Shown piece by piece: positions 42,316 through 52,383 of a stretch of 64,000 nt of DNA. The position numbers were made by a program, and so were the translations under genes. The stretch's first letter is position 1; each line of letters opens with the position of its first letter. The notes under the pieces were generated by a model. It saw only the letters and a program-made list of their open reading frames with translations. It was not told the origin of the DNA and did no database searches. Origin of the DNA: Synechococcus sp. GTDB taxonomy: Bacteria; Cyanobacteriota; Cyanobacteriia; PCC-6307; Cyanobiaceae. Where the stretch lies: positions 800,136 through 864,135 of the forward strand of contig JBJBDC010000001.1 of NCBI GenBank assembly GCA_047285535.1, in the 5' to 3' direction.

Positions 42316-43974
42316 TTAGAATTTTATAGTAGTTTGAACTAGAGCGCCCAAGACATTAAATTGTCCATCATAACCGCTTCCATTCTTTACAAGAGATTGG
42401 GTGTCCTGACCTTCTGGGCGGGAAAGATAGAAGATGGCAGGTGTAATTGCAATATTATCTGTAACTTGGAAATTATAATACAGCTCTAAAACATAATTGC
42501 CATCGAACGGAGTATCACCACCTTTAAGACTAGTGGCAAAAGTAGGCTGGCCAACAGCGAAACCTAAATCATTACCTTTGAGGAATACGTCATTCCACTT
42601 TAACCCCGCCATCCAGCTTTGTGTTTGGATAGGTGTTCCATCCTGCTTATTTGCAGTACTAACAGTATTCAAACCCCAGCCCAAAGAAATTGATGGAATA
42701 AATCCAGCTTCTTCTGGCTGCCAATAAGCGTTCAAGGCATAACTGTTAGTGGAGCTGCCGCTACGTTTTTTATCTCCATTAGAATCTTCGTAGAAACATT
42801 CATTGTTCCATTTATCATTCCTTGCAAATGACGTGCCACGACGAAAACCGTTACCACTATCACACTGGCCATATCGATATCCAAAAGCAACACCCCAACG
42901 AGGACCTGCATAACCCAACTGAGCGAGTAGACTAGCCTCCGAATTCGCAGTCATAAAACCCCCTGCTCCAGGATCAGAAACATTGCCATCTTTATCGTCC
43001 GCAACATAATTGACCGATACACTGAATGCATTGGCACCCTTATCAACCTTTTGCCTCCAGTAACCACCAATCAGTTGACCCGTTTCTTTGTTGTAAACAC
43101 CACTGGTACCCATTAAGGCAGTCCAGTCAAGAATTTTGGCACCTCCTTTGTTGTACATAGAAGGCCATAGTGCCAAAGACTCAGTATTTCGAGCCACAGC
43201 ACCAGCAATTAGGGTGATTTGATCACCGACAGGAAACTTGTAGTAAAGACGATCAACAATTATGTTGTTGCTGAGATTGCTGTCGACAGCGCCAGAATCT
43301 GTAGCAACATCCAGAGCTGCAAGATTAACGCCAGATCCAGCAAAAGCATTTTTACCTCTCCTGAAGTTTCCAGCCCTAAGACGAGTTAAAAGCTTATCCT
43401 TTCCAGTAAAACTCGTATTGAGGATCAAACGCTGGTCATAGTTAAAAGTTGTCGCTCCGAATGCACCGTTGTAATCATCTGAACCATCACCAGAAGCGTT
43501 GGTGGCACCGATCACGAAGGTACTTTTACCCTTCAACGTGGTGGTGGTGGAGAACTGAGTGGCTTCCAGTTCGCCAACACGGGCTTCCAGTCCGTCCACA
43601 CGGCCCTTGAGGATGGCGAGTTCCTTCTCGAACTCTTTCATCAGGCGCTTGAGTTCGTCGGTCACTTCGGTGACGCGATCGAGACAGGCGTTCAACAGAG
43701 CCGCCGCTTCAAAGCGGGTCATCGCCCTGTTGCCGCGGTAGGTGCCGTTGGGGTATCCAGCGACGCAGCCGTAACGCTCGATCAGGTTGCTCAGGGCCTG
43801 ATAGGCCCAATCCGTGGGGTACACATCAGAAAACTGAGTGATGCTGGTGACCTGTTCACCAGTGGCGGTGTAGTCAGAGACACCGTTGATGTTGAGCTCA
43901 GTGGCGTTCGCAGCCATAGGGGCCAGAAGGCCCAGTGCTGCTGGAGCCACCAGCAGTTTGCGGAACAGTTTCAT
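42316..43974 (-). CDS. som: Som-type outer-membrane porin, phosphate cluster
   Basis: Signal peptide, SLH domain, C-terminal TTIKF; GTGTGAGGA at 43989-43981. Confidence 0.93.
   Translation of the reverse strand: MKLFRKLLVAPAALGLLAPMAANATELNINGVSDYTATGEQVTSITQFSDVYPTDWAYQALSNLIERYGCVAGYPNGTYRGNRAMTRFEAAALLNACLDRVTEVTDELKRLMKEFEKELAILKGRVDGLEARVGELEATQFSTTTTLKGKSTFVIGATNASGDGSDDYNGAFGATTFNYDQRLILNTSFTGKDKLLTRLRAGNFRRGKNAFAGSGVNLAALDVATDSGAVDSNLSNNIIVDRLYYKFPVGDQITLIAGAVARNTESLALWPSMYNKGGAKILDWTALMGTSGVYNKETGQLIGGYWRQKVDKGANAFSVSVNYVADDKDGNVSDPGAGGFMTANSEASLLAQLGYAGPRWGVAFGYRYGQCDSGNGFRRGTSFARNDKWNNECFYEDSNGDKKRSGSSTNSYALNAYWQPEEAGFIPSISLGWGLNTVSTANKQDGTPIQTQSWMAGLKWNDVFLKGNDLGFAVGQPTFATSLKGGDTPFDGNYVLELYYNFQVTDNIAITPAIFYLSRPEGQDTQSLVKNGSGYDGQFNVLGALVQTTIKF
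43540..43974 (-). repeat. Copy 2 of the 435-bp inverted repeat (porin 5' region)
   Basis: 145 codons encoding the same protein sequence as copy 1. Confidence 0.9.
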
Positions 43975-44078
43975 TTTCGGTCCTCACACCAAAACGAATG
44001 AAATGCGGGATTTAAAAGTTCCCGATAGAAAATTAATGGAATGCCAACCCTTAGAACGTTGCCAATACACCATGGACC

Positions 44079-44094
44079 TGTATTACAGATTACA
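44079..44094. promoter_or_regulatory. NtcA/Crp-type palindromic site upstream of the second porin
   Basis: TGTA-TTACAGAT-TACA (GTA-N8-TAC). Confidence 0.5.
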
Positions 44095-44879
44095 ATTGCT
44101 ACAAGCACGCGTATCAAGCGAATCCCGCCGGCTTTCCTTACCGCCTTGAGTTCTAGCTTTTTGTTTTTAATTTGGTCTGGTCACCTAGCAAAATCTGAGT
44201 AGGCTCGATATTTTATGGAAAGACAATGGCATAGAGATTCAGCAAGAAGCATCATGTTAATTAGACGAATAAAACCATCAATCATACTTAAATACACTTA
44301 ACAACTAACAGAAATCACACAAATAAATGATTTCGAGACCATAAATACTCATTATCCATCGCTTGACTAAGATTTCTTAAAATCCAGGTCAAGCCAACTC
44401 ATCTCAAATTGGATCAAAATGTTAATCAATCAGATCACACCCCGTAGTGGATTCGAACAACATGCCCGTTCTTAAAACTCGATTAAAAGATAATTGAACA
44501 GCATTTAAAGAGTCTACAGTCGTTCTCCCAATCCATTCATTTCAAATCCTATTCATTTTTAATCTGTTTTCTCAGAACTGGCATTCACAACCCTGCCAGT
44601 AAGGTTTCAGGCGTAAAAATTCGCATCAAAGAAATAAAAAAGCACAATTTATCTACTTAAACACTCACAAAACTGGGAACGATGAGCGATGTAACAAGAG
44701 TGGAGTAATTCGAAAAAAGTGATCAACAAAACCAAAGCAGATCCTACAAGTTGCGATACCTCCACAAGCTGAGACGTAATGAGATTTGTTATGGACTCGT
44801 ATACGGAGGAATAGAAGTGGGTCCAGTAACATACCATTTCCAATAGGGAATGCTAAATCAGCTTCCGACAAAGAAAACG

Positions 44880-45791
44880 ATGAATAATTCAATATTCCAA
44901 AACGACGGTACCGCCCAAGGGGTGGCAAAACAGCGACTGATTGAAACACTTGCCACACCAGGTAAACGCATCATCAATGACCCTTATGCAGAGAGATTCG
45001 TATTCGGAGCTGGATTGATCAAGCTGATGGGACATGCGGTGAGCGTTTGGTTAACTCAAAAATTAGCACCTGGTTTTCATGAACATTTAATTTGCCGAAC
45101 ACGTTTTATTGATGATCAGGTCCAAAAAAGTGTGGCTATTGGTGCAGAGCAATACGTCATTCTTGGCGCAGGCTATGACATGCGGGCGTATCGTCTTGCA
45201 CTGCCCTCTGCATTAAAAATCTATGAAGTTGATCAGCCTAAAGTTCAAGCAAGAAAATGCTCTAAACTTCCGAAAAGATTACCTAATTCAGAAAATATAA
45301 GCCATATAAGCATTGAATTCAATCACCAGTCACTCTCCAAAAGACTTTTAGCCGCAGGGTTCAATCAAAATAATTTTACTATTTTTACCATTGAAGGGCT
45401 TTCGCAATACATTTCTAAAAAAGCATTCATTTCAATAATCAACGAGCTGGCTATACTGACTGAAAACACGAATACAATTTTAGTAATCTCTTACGTTGAC
45501 GAGCACCTAAACACAAAGCCCGAAAGTTGCTTTGGCATGGGTTACCCAAATGCAGCTAAAAGAGCTGAATTAATAAAAGGTTTGGCAGCCAAGGCTGGCG
45601 AACCCTGGATATCATTCTACTCAGCAGATGAAATTGAAAAAATATTATCTCACAATGGTTTTACCGTGTACGAAGACACAACACTTGAGAGCCTTAATTC
45701 AATATACTTTAGTCCTGTCGACAGAACAGTTCCAACAAGGTCCATCATGAACCTGGAGCATTTTATCCTTGCCAAATCAATAAAGCACTGA
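44880..45791 (+). CDS. SAM-dependent methyltransferase (LCM/YktD-like)
   Basis: DPYAERF, RTRFIDD, QYVILGAGYDMRAYRL, YEVDQP, EGLSQY. Confidence 0.88.
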   Translation: MNNSIFQNDGTAQGVAKQRLIETLATPGKRIINDPYAERFVFGAGLIKLMGHAVSVWLTQKLAPGFHEHLICRTRFIDDQVQKSVAIGAEQYVILGAGYDMRAYRLALPSALKIYEVDQPKVQARKCSKLPKRLPNSENISHISIEFNHQSLSKRLLAAGFNQNNFTIFTIEGLSQYISKKAFISIINELAILTENTNTILVISYVDEHLNTKPESCFGMGYPNAAKRAELIKGLAAKAGEPWISFYSADEIEKILSHNGFTVYEDTTLESLNSIYFSPVDRTVPTRSIMNLEHFILAKSIKH

Positions 45792-46736
45792 CCAAAAGAC
45801 ACAAACTAATAACGATCAAAACATTGTTTAAGGATCAATTTTAAGCAAGTAGGAACAACAAAGACTCGCCCTGGATGAACTCGATCAAAGCGATGTTGCT
45901 ACAAACAATCGTCATTGAACAACGAGTCAGATATGATTGAAAAACAATTGATTCCACTATTGCAGAGATGAATAAGATCTTCAAAGCACTACCTCTACGA
46001 TCCATCGTCGCTGGAACAACAGCGACCGTCTCTTCAGTTCAAAGTATCAGTGAATCGGTTCCAGATGAAAGCTTAAGGCTGGTGATGATTCGGCACAGAG
46101 AGAAGCGCCAAAAGGGCAAAAATCTCTCATGCAAAGGAAGAAGCGCACCCTACAACTCGCATCCATGCTCTCCAAGAAATCCCTAAAACCAGACTATACT
46201 TATGTACCTTCTTTGAGACTCGGTACATCCACAACTCACGCCAGAATGTTTCAGGCGATAATCCCATCCGCCATTAAGTACAACCTAAGAATCAACAGCG
46301 AATTAGACGGAAAAGCTCATGCGAAGATCACCATACATTTACTGAAAAAATCCCGCACGGTACTTTTAGTGTCGAGACACAGCATGATTCAATCCATCGC
46401 AAAGTCTCGTAGCGTACTCTCAATCCTACCTGGCGAAAGGATGATTTCGATAGCATCTGGGTGTTTTCTTTTGCCTATGGTAAGCCAAGTTAGCCATCGA
46501 AGAACAAGGAATAACGCCTTCATCCAAATGCATTTAGCTAGTAATCACTAAAGCGAATGATTGAATCCATAGCTAAATAGAAATCAGTAAAAGGTTGATT
46601 CAACGTAAACTTGATTCGTCAACGATCATTCAATTATTATTTTTTATTTTACGTGGTTAGTCACTTAATTTTTTTATTATCGTCGATCAAGAAGCAGGTG
46701 TTTTTAGTGCGTCCAGAAAGGATGCGATTAAGGAGA

Positions 46737-47783
46737 CTAACGCTCACAGTTGTCACCACTGTTACAAGGATAAAGGGCGTACCCTTTCCCAATAAGTTCT
46801 GGAGTGTCGCTGTTGTTTATCATCCACTTATCGAGCCTAAGCACATATTTATCACCACTCTCTATAAAGAGGCCAGCGAAATAAATCTCAATAAAAGGTG
46901 GCCAGCCACCGGCGCCCCCAGGTTCGTTATCTGCGTAGCACTTCCACCCATTAGTCACACCATAAGAATCCATGCTGGGTGATGTGAAGTTGGTGTTTGG
47001 CATCGAATCGTCTGCTTCACAGACCCAGGGATACAAGGCAAAAGTAAACGTATGCTTGACATTTGCTACATTGTTATAGGGATTAGTCCCATTATTGATT
47101 GATCGAATTTTATTGCAAACATCCTGATTCCAGGGGCGATCGAGATTGCCTCCTGCACCGCAGATCTGCCCAGTTTCTACACCGTCACCATTGAGATACC
47201 AGCCAGCCCAATACTTCATGCGCCCAAATGTTGTGCCTGAGTTGGGATGGGTGAAGGTGCAATGATTTCTGCCATGGGGACCTTTCTCACAGCCAGGGTG
47301 TTGTGATGTAAGGCCATCAAAACGTTCGATGTATTTGATGTCACCTAAGCAGTCGGGTTGAATGCCTGCCCCATCGCAGTTGTGAAACACCCAATAATCA
47401 CTCCGATTCTCTGCAGGGAAGCTGGCCCATGCTCGTGCCCCCATCTGCCATTGGGCGCCGGCAATGATGTTGTCGTAGGGTCCACCTCCACATGGATTCG
47501 GCAGATTTTTGTCGAGATTATATTGAAAGGGCCGATAGGAGAATGGGCTGCAGCTGATATCTTTTGCTCCTTCTCCTCCCCCTCCGCAGTAGTTGGTTAA
47601 TTTCGTTACTGTCCCATTGGGATAGGGGATTTTTGCCCAACAGAAGCCTTGCCCAAGTCCGCTGATCAAGACGGGCTTAGAGACGGGAGAGGTTCGAACG
47701 TTTATCTCCGCAGGTTGGTGAGCAAACGCCGTTGTCGTGAATGGAATAACAGGCGCTAGTCCAGCAACTAACAGAGGAAACAT
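46737..47783 (-). CDS. Secreted Cys/Gly/Trp-rich hypothetical protein
   Basis: 348 aa, signal peptide ending AFA|H, 14 Cys. Confidence 0.8.
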   Translation of the reverse strand: MFPLLVAGLAPVIPFTTTAFAHQPAEINVRTSPVSKPVLISGLGQGFCWAKIPYPNGTVTKLTNYCGGGGEGAKDISCSPFSYRPFQYNLDKNLPNPCGGGPYDNIIAGAQWQMGARAWASFPAENRSDYWVFHNCDGAGIQPDCLGDIKYIERFDGLTSQHPGCEKGPHGRNHCTFTHPNSGTTFGRMKYWAGWYLNGDGVETGQICGAGGNLDRPWNQDVCNKIRSINNGTNPYNNVANVKHTFTFALYPWVCEADDSMPNTNFTSPSMDSYGVTNGWKCYADNEPGGAGGWPPFIEIYFAGLFIESGDKYVLRLDKWMINNSDTPELIGKGYALYPCNSGDNCER

Positions 47784-48417
47784 CGTGTCCTAATGATGGC
47801 GTTAAAAGAACACTAGGAATGGATCACCCCTAGAACATGACTTTTTCATTCGTTCGCATGGGGAGACTGCCCGCACGACTACCTCCGGCGCTGTAGCAAC
47901 CAACATGGGTTCAGAATGGTTGAGTCAACAGTTCCTGACCACGCATGGTGTCCGAACGCATGATTCCTTAAGGCCATTGCCAATTCAGACTTTGAGTCCC
48001 CTCATATCAAACCAGTCAGTCCTCATCCCATGAGATGGGCCTTGGTCTCAGCTCAGCTGTGGTATCCCCAGCGCTTGCTTCCTGGATGCTGCCTCGATCC
48101 AATGAACACGCTCCCTTATGAGTGATGGTGATGCTGTAAAAACTGCTGCCTGATTAAGGTCAAGCACGACTTTAGATACTACGCAAAAGGTTGCGCAAAT
48201 CTGCTTGATCCATTCCAGATACAGGTTCATTTAATGACCATTGACGAGATAATAGTTCTGGAGAGGTGAATACTTTATTTCCATACATAGCCCTCAAGCT
48301 TTAGTGTATGTTCGATCATTGAGTTCAGAAAGCCTCAGTGATCACCACTGTAAGGATACGGCTCGAGCAAGAATTTTTTGAAAGAATTTTATAAAGAACT
48401 TTTTCATTTTCTACTGG

Positions 48418-48843
48418 TTATTGATAGAGCCGTGTACACGACCCCTTCCCTCGACTCACATCAGACTTCAAAGCTTTTCCCCATTTACTAGAACTTGTTA
48501 TTTGATCGGTTTTTCTATTAATAGTAATTTCTTTGCCAATATTCTCAAACTTAACCCAATCCTTGTTAACAATTGCTCTGACAACTTTAGGCTCGCGAAT
48601 GCTTCCATTTACATCAGCAGCAATAGAAACTGAATTGTCATAGATATGGATAATCCATGACCACATTGGCCGCCTTATTCGGGAACTACTTTCACTATTG
48701 GCGTAGGCAGAAGTAATTTCGAATTGATTGGACTGACAAGTTAGTGTTGCAGGAGGTTGCCAGAATGCCTTAGCAGACACAGGCATTGCTATAGCAACCA
48801 AAGCTGAAGAAGTGATAGAGGTAGCAAGAGCAAGTAAATTCAT
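48418..48843 (-). CDS. Secreted hypothetical protein
   Basis: MNLLALATSITSSALVAIAMPVSAKA signal; two Cys near the ends of the mature chain. Confidence 0.65.
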   Translation of the reverse strand: MNLLALATSITSSALVAIAMPVSAKAFWQPPATLTCQSNQFEITSAYANSESSSRIRRPMWSWIIHIYDNSVSIAADVNGSIREPKVVRAIVNKDWVKFENIGKEITINRKTDQITSSSKWGKALKSDVSRGKGSCTRLYQ

Positions 48844-49094
48844 TTTTGGTGACAGAAAAAGTGATCTAGGGTTCAAACTGGGAACACGTTTGCCCACATG
48901 GGGGATCTTCAGATTGATATGAAGAAAGAGAATGTGCAAAAATCTTTTTAAATACTGCCACATTCACAGAGATAGCAGGAGTAACGTCAGTGAGTATTTC
49001 CTAATAGATGTTTTAGAAAAAGATCAGGGCAAGCTAAGGAGGCCAGAAACAAGTGAGCTTAGCTTGAAAGTACAATGAATTTTATACCTAAAGA

Positions 49095-49460
49095 GTGGCC
49101 ATCATTATTCGTTCTTTTGTCCTAGGAATCGGCTCCATACTTCTATTCACTACCAACCTTGAGAAAGCGAGTGCTTCATGTATTAATAAAATACAGGTCG
49201 GCAATCAGGTGGCATGCCTGGGTAAATCAAAGCCTAGAATCAGTCCTAAAGACACATCAAAAGCCAGGATAAAATCTGTAGGCATAAGATCCCAATACTC
49301 TTCAGAACAAACAGATGAGAGGGTTGAAAGATGTGTTACTGAACAAGAGCGCCTGCATGCAAGCTTAAATAGAGACACCTCCTTGCGAAAAAAAGAGTTT
49401 GAATACAAGGCAAATGCTATTGAAAGCAACTTACGTAAATGCAGAAAAATAAAGCAATAG
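49095..49460 (+). CDS. Secreted hypothetical protein
   Basis: Signal ending ASA|S, four Cys, basic helical C-terminus. Confidence 0.6.
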   Translation: MAIIIRSFVLGIGSILLFTTNLEKASASCINKIQVGNQVACLGKSKPRISPKDTSKARIKSVGIRSQYSSEQTDERVERCVTEQERLHASLNRDTSLRKKEFEYKANAIESNLRKCRKIKQ

Positions 49461-49590
49461 CAATCTCAACTATTGACCTCTTCTCCTAGTTCTTGAGATA
49501 CTTTTGCCAACTATTGCAACCTCAACAGACTCAGTCCAGGTATCAAATAGTTGTTAAACACACTAGGCAGAGGTATTCGCTCGTGCTGCA

Positions 49591-50460
49591 TCAATTGAAG
49601 AACGCTTGCTTGTCATTCTGGATAAAGACGTTTTCGCTTTCCAGGTGAGCACGCATTGGATCCAAGCCAGCATCCAGAGTTTCCCCAAGACTGAACATCC
49701 CAAACTCTGGTTCGATGACAGTGGCGATCGTGCCTTTCGGATCCCCTCCGTCGAAGCAACAACCAGTGCACAAATTTTCACCGGTATCAGGTTGTTTCTC
49801 GCCGTAGTTCGTGGCCATGCTTGCCCCGGTGGCGCGGTTTGTTAGGTCATCAAAGGCGTTCTCTAGAGGATGGCGACTTCCATCAACTTGGGTTGAGTTA
49901 AAAAATTCGGTGTAACAGGGGATCCCCGCTAAGTCATCGTATTCGGGTTCAATCAAACCAGACGAAGTACGGCCAATGTGTTCACTTGCTACGTCTGTAT
50001 CTGTCACACGCGATTCACTAGGACCATACGCGACGTCTGTATCTGTCACACGCGATTCACTAGGACCATACGCGACGTCTGTATCTGTCACACGCGATTC
50101 ACTAGGACCATACGCGACGTCTGTATCTGTCACACGCGATTCACTAGGACCATACGCGACGTCTGTATCTGTCACACGCGATTCACTAGGACCATACGCG
50201 ACGTCTGTATCTGTCACACGCGATTCACTAGGACCATACGCGACGTCTGTATCTGTCACACGCGATTCACTAGGACCATACGCGACGTCTGTATCTGTCA
50301 CACGCGATTCACTAGGACCATACGCGACGTCTGTATCTGTCACACGCGATTCAACAGGAACGAATTCAGCTTTAGTGTCATCCCACTTCATGGAGCCGTC
50401 GGCCACGGGTTGGATAACGCCCTTGCTGGCAAAACTGTCGAAGGTGGTGATGTGGGGCAT
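49591..50460 (-). CDS. Acidic protein with 14-aa tandem repeats
   Basis: MPHITTFD...(SESRVTDTDVAYGP)n...; frame open on both sides of the repeat; ATG at 50460 preferred over GTG at 50544. Confidence 0.65.
   Translation of the reverse strand: MPHITTFDSFASKGVIQPVADGSMKWDDTKAEFVPVESRVTDTDVAYGPSESRVTDTDVAYGPSESRVTDTDVAYGPSESRVTDTDVAYGPSESRVTDTDVAYGPSESRVTDTDVAYGPSESRVTDTDVAYGPSESRVTDTDVAYGPSESRVTDTDVASEHIGRTSSGLIEPEYDDLAGIPCYTEFFNSTQVDGSRHPLENAFDDLTNRATGASMATNYGEKQPDTGENLCTGCCFDGGDPKGTIATVIEPEFGMFSLGETLDAGLDPMRAHLESENVFIQNDKQAFFN
49991..50353. repeat. Perfect 42-bp tandem repeat, 8 full copies plus 27 bp
   Basis: Unit ACGTCTGTATCTGTCACACGCGATTCACTAGGACCATACGCG at 49991, 50033 ... 50285, partial copy at 50327; no spacers. 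Confidence 0.97.
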
Positions 50461-50760
50461 TGCTTGGGAAGCAGTGGAGGGGCATCCCCTCTCGATGAAC
50501 CCAGCATCTGCGGAATCAGCTGCCCAAGCGTTGACCTGCCTCACCAGCAGCTGTGATGTTGCTCACAGGAGCAAAAGAACACACCCTGCCGCTAGGCGAA
50601 AGCATAGGAATTAAACAGTTGCTTGAAACAGCAGCTGCTTTGTTGTGTAGAGGTTTTGCTGGGGACTGGCCAGGCCAACGCAAGTCCTCAAGCCCTGAAC
50701 CAACGGAGGTCAGTCCAGGGGCAGGAACTTCAAGGCTCAGGTGGAGCAAAGAAATGTCGT

Positions 50761-50979
50761 TTATCGAGTTGATATCTGATCAGAAGCGATTGAATCGAAC
50801 AACAGGTCAAATCTGACTGCATCACTCAAGCAGCAGAGTGTGACTAGAAAATGGCCTATCACGCAACTCGTTATATGCGGTTCGTATTGAGATCCAAGAT
50901 GCCTCCTGTGATCAGCAAGTGATTGGAGCAATTCATCATTGCTCTGTTGACATAGCTGTTCAATACGGAGTCCTGTCAT
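50761..50979 (-). CDS. Small hypothetical ORF downstream of the integrase
   Basis: 72 aa; AAGAGG 5 nt upstream of the ATG. Confidence 0.4.
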   Translation of the reverse strand: MTGLRIEQLCQQSNDELLQSLADHRRHLGSQYEPHITSCVIGHFLVTLCCLSDAVRFDLLFDSIASDQISTR

Positions 50980-51084
50980 ATTGACCTCTTAATACCATCA
51001 ATTTGCAGACACAGCGATTGGAGGTCATCAGTTTCAATACCTATACGGAATAAATTCCAATTGCTGAATTAATTTGGATACCGT

Positions 51085-52203
51085 TTATCTCGTCTTCATT
51101 TGATGCTGACTGAACATCTCGTCCATTTGGCTTTTGTTTATCCATCTGCGATAGGTGGTTTCGTGCACTCGCGTTGAATGTCCTAATAATTTTGCGGCAA
51201 GACTGGTTGAAAATCCTTCGCGCATTGCACGAATCGCCCAAGAATGGCGAAGAACGTAGAGGTTGAAAGGCAATCGCGCAGGTCTGGTTCTAACGCCAGG
51301 TCGCCCAGCGGGTTTTGCTCTGAAGTAATCGGATGCCGCTTTGGCAACGGTATCAACTGACTGCTTTGGTCGATGCATCTCGCGCAGCTTCAGATCATCA
51401 ACCCACTGCGGCATGAGCGGCCAGCTTTCGCGAGAACCAGTTTTTCCACCTGAAATCTCCAATCGCCCGTCACTTGTGACCATGCAGTTGGCAATTTCGT
51501 GTGGGCGAATCCCGTACGTCAAGCCAATGCCATAGGTCCAACGCCAATGCGGTGCTTCGATTTTGTCGTAATAACTGAGCAGTTCTTCATCGGAAGATAT
51601 GTCCCTTGGGGTCAGTTCTGCACTTGAGTAACCAGCTGCACTTTCGTAGATGTAACTGCGATCAAACTGTCGCCATGCCTTGTATGTGATGGTCGTGCTG
51701 AAAATGCTGCCATCTGTTTTTCGAGCAGCAAGACTTTGATTACTCAGTAGAAGTTCTCTAATTGATTCATTAGTGACGACCACAACTGAGGCATTGAGCA
51801 TTCGTTTGTACGCAGGTGAATACTTTTTGCCCCAAATCGATTTCCAAGTTCTTTCAACACCGGGGTATTTATGTTCAAACATTTCAACAATGGCATCCGC
51901 AAATTCAGCTGGTGTGATGTCTTCAGGAGTGATACCTCTTGACCGCTTCTTGATCGCCTCCTTACTCCATAATTCCCAAGCAAATGCCCCTCGCTGGATC
52001 TGATCGTCCAGTCCCAGTGCCATGGCCTTGAGCGTGACAACGTTTTCGGGAATGGCTTTAAGTCCCGTGCTGATGGTTTGGTACGTGTTTTTCCGTGTAT
52101 CTGCCTTAGTGGGAAGGGTCGCTCTGATCAAAAAATGATTAGATCGTTCCGACACACGGCAGTGCTTAAGAGCGCTGTTGAGTTTGTCGAGCCTTCCAGC
52201 CAT
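51085..52203 (-). CDS. int: Tyrosine recombinase / integrase
   Basis: GIRPHE (R), GKTG (K), LYVLRHSWAIR, LGHS, HETTYRRW (Y); next to the tRNA 3' end. Confidence 0.92.
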   Translation of the reverse strand: MAGRLDKLNSALKHCRVSERSNHFLIRATLPTKADTRKNTYQTISTGLKAIPENVVTLKAMALGLDDQIQRGAFAWELWSKEAIKKRSRGITPEDITPAEFADAIVEMFEHKYPGVERTWKSIWGKKYSPAYKRMLNASVVVVTNESIRELLLSNQSLAARKTDGSIFSTTITYKAWRQFDRSYIYESAAGYSSAELTPRDISSDEELLSYYDKIEAPHWRWTYGIGLTYGIRPHEIANCMVTSDGRLEISGGKTGSRESWPLMPQWVDDLKLREMHRPKQSVDTVAKAASDYFRAKPAGRPGVRTRPARLPFNLYVLRHSWAIRAMREGFSTSLAAKLLGHSTRVHETTYRRWINKSQMDEMFSQHQMKTR

Positions 52204-52318
52204 GCCCAGATTTTTACACGGACTTTGCGCAGGAGCACGTGAGATTCGTCGGTTTACGTCCCGAAAAAGGGCGACATTGGTCCTGATGACACGGCCTCAG
52301 ACCAACCTTCAGGCCAAT

Positions 52319-52349
52319 AAAAATGCCACCCTCATCACTGAGAAGTGGC
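52319..52349 (-). terminator. Hairpin/terminator downstream of tRNA-Pro
   Basis: Minus strand GCCACTTCTCA-GTGA-TGAGGGTGGC-ATTTTT. Confidence 0.6.
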
Positions 52350-52383
52350 TTGAATGCTGGAGTTTCGCCAGTCTGCCTATCAA

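Larger units (their letters stand above)
44150..52383. mobile_element. tRNA-Pro-anchored genomic island / integrative element (left boundary uncertain)
   Basis: Integrase ~180 bp from the tRNA 3' end, AT-rich orphan cargo; no attL duplicate found by eye. Confidence 0.6.

Noticed and set aside
44121..44130. AATCCCGCCG match to the tRNA-Pro 3' region as attL
   Set aside because: Only 10 bp, and inverted rather than direct orientation
44439..44458. tRNA-like 3' fragment (minus strand GTTCGAATCCACTACGGGGT) as an att site
   Set aside because: Does not match tRNA-Pro, the T-stem cannot form, and it is too short to support
45968..46982. ORFs 45968-46186, 46129-46551 and 46611-46982
   Set aside because: Mutually overlapping or antisense to a better ORF, no motifs; probably decayed DNA
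49991..50353. CRISPR array
   Set aside because: Units are contiguous and identical, with no variable spacers; no cas genes in the window
49976..50614. Plus-strand repeat ORFs (VCICHTRFTRTIRD)n and (SVSVTRDSLGPYAT)n
   Set aside because: Frames stay open because the unit is a multiple of 3; they start at weak codons right at the repeat edge, and the minus frame has longer coherent flanks. Not fully excluded
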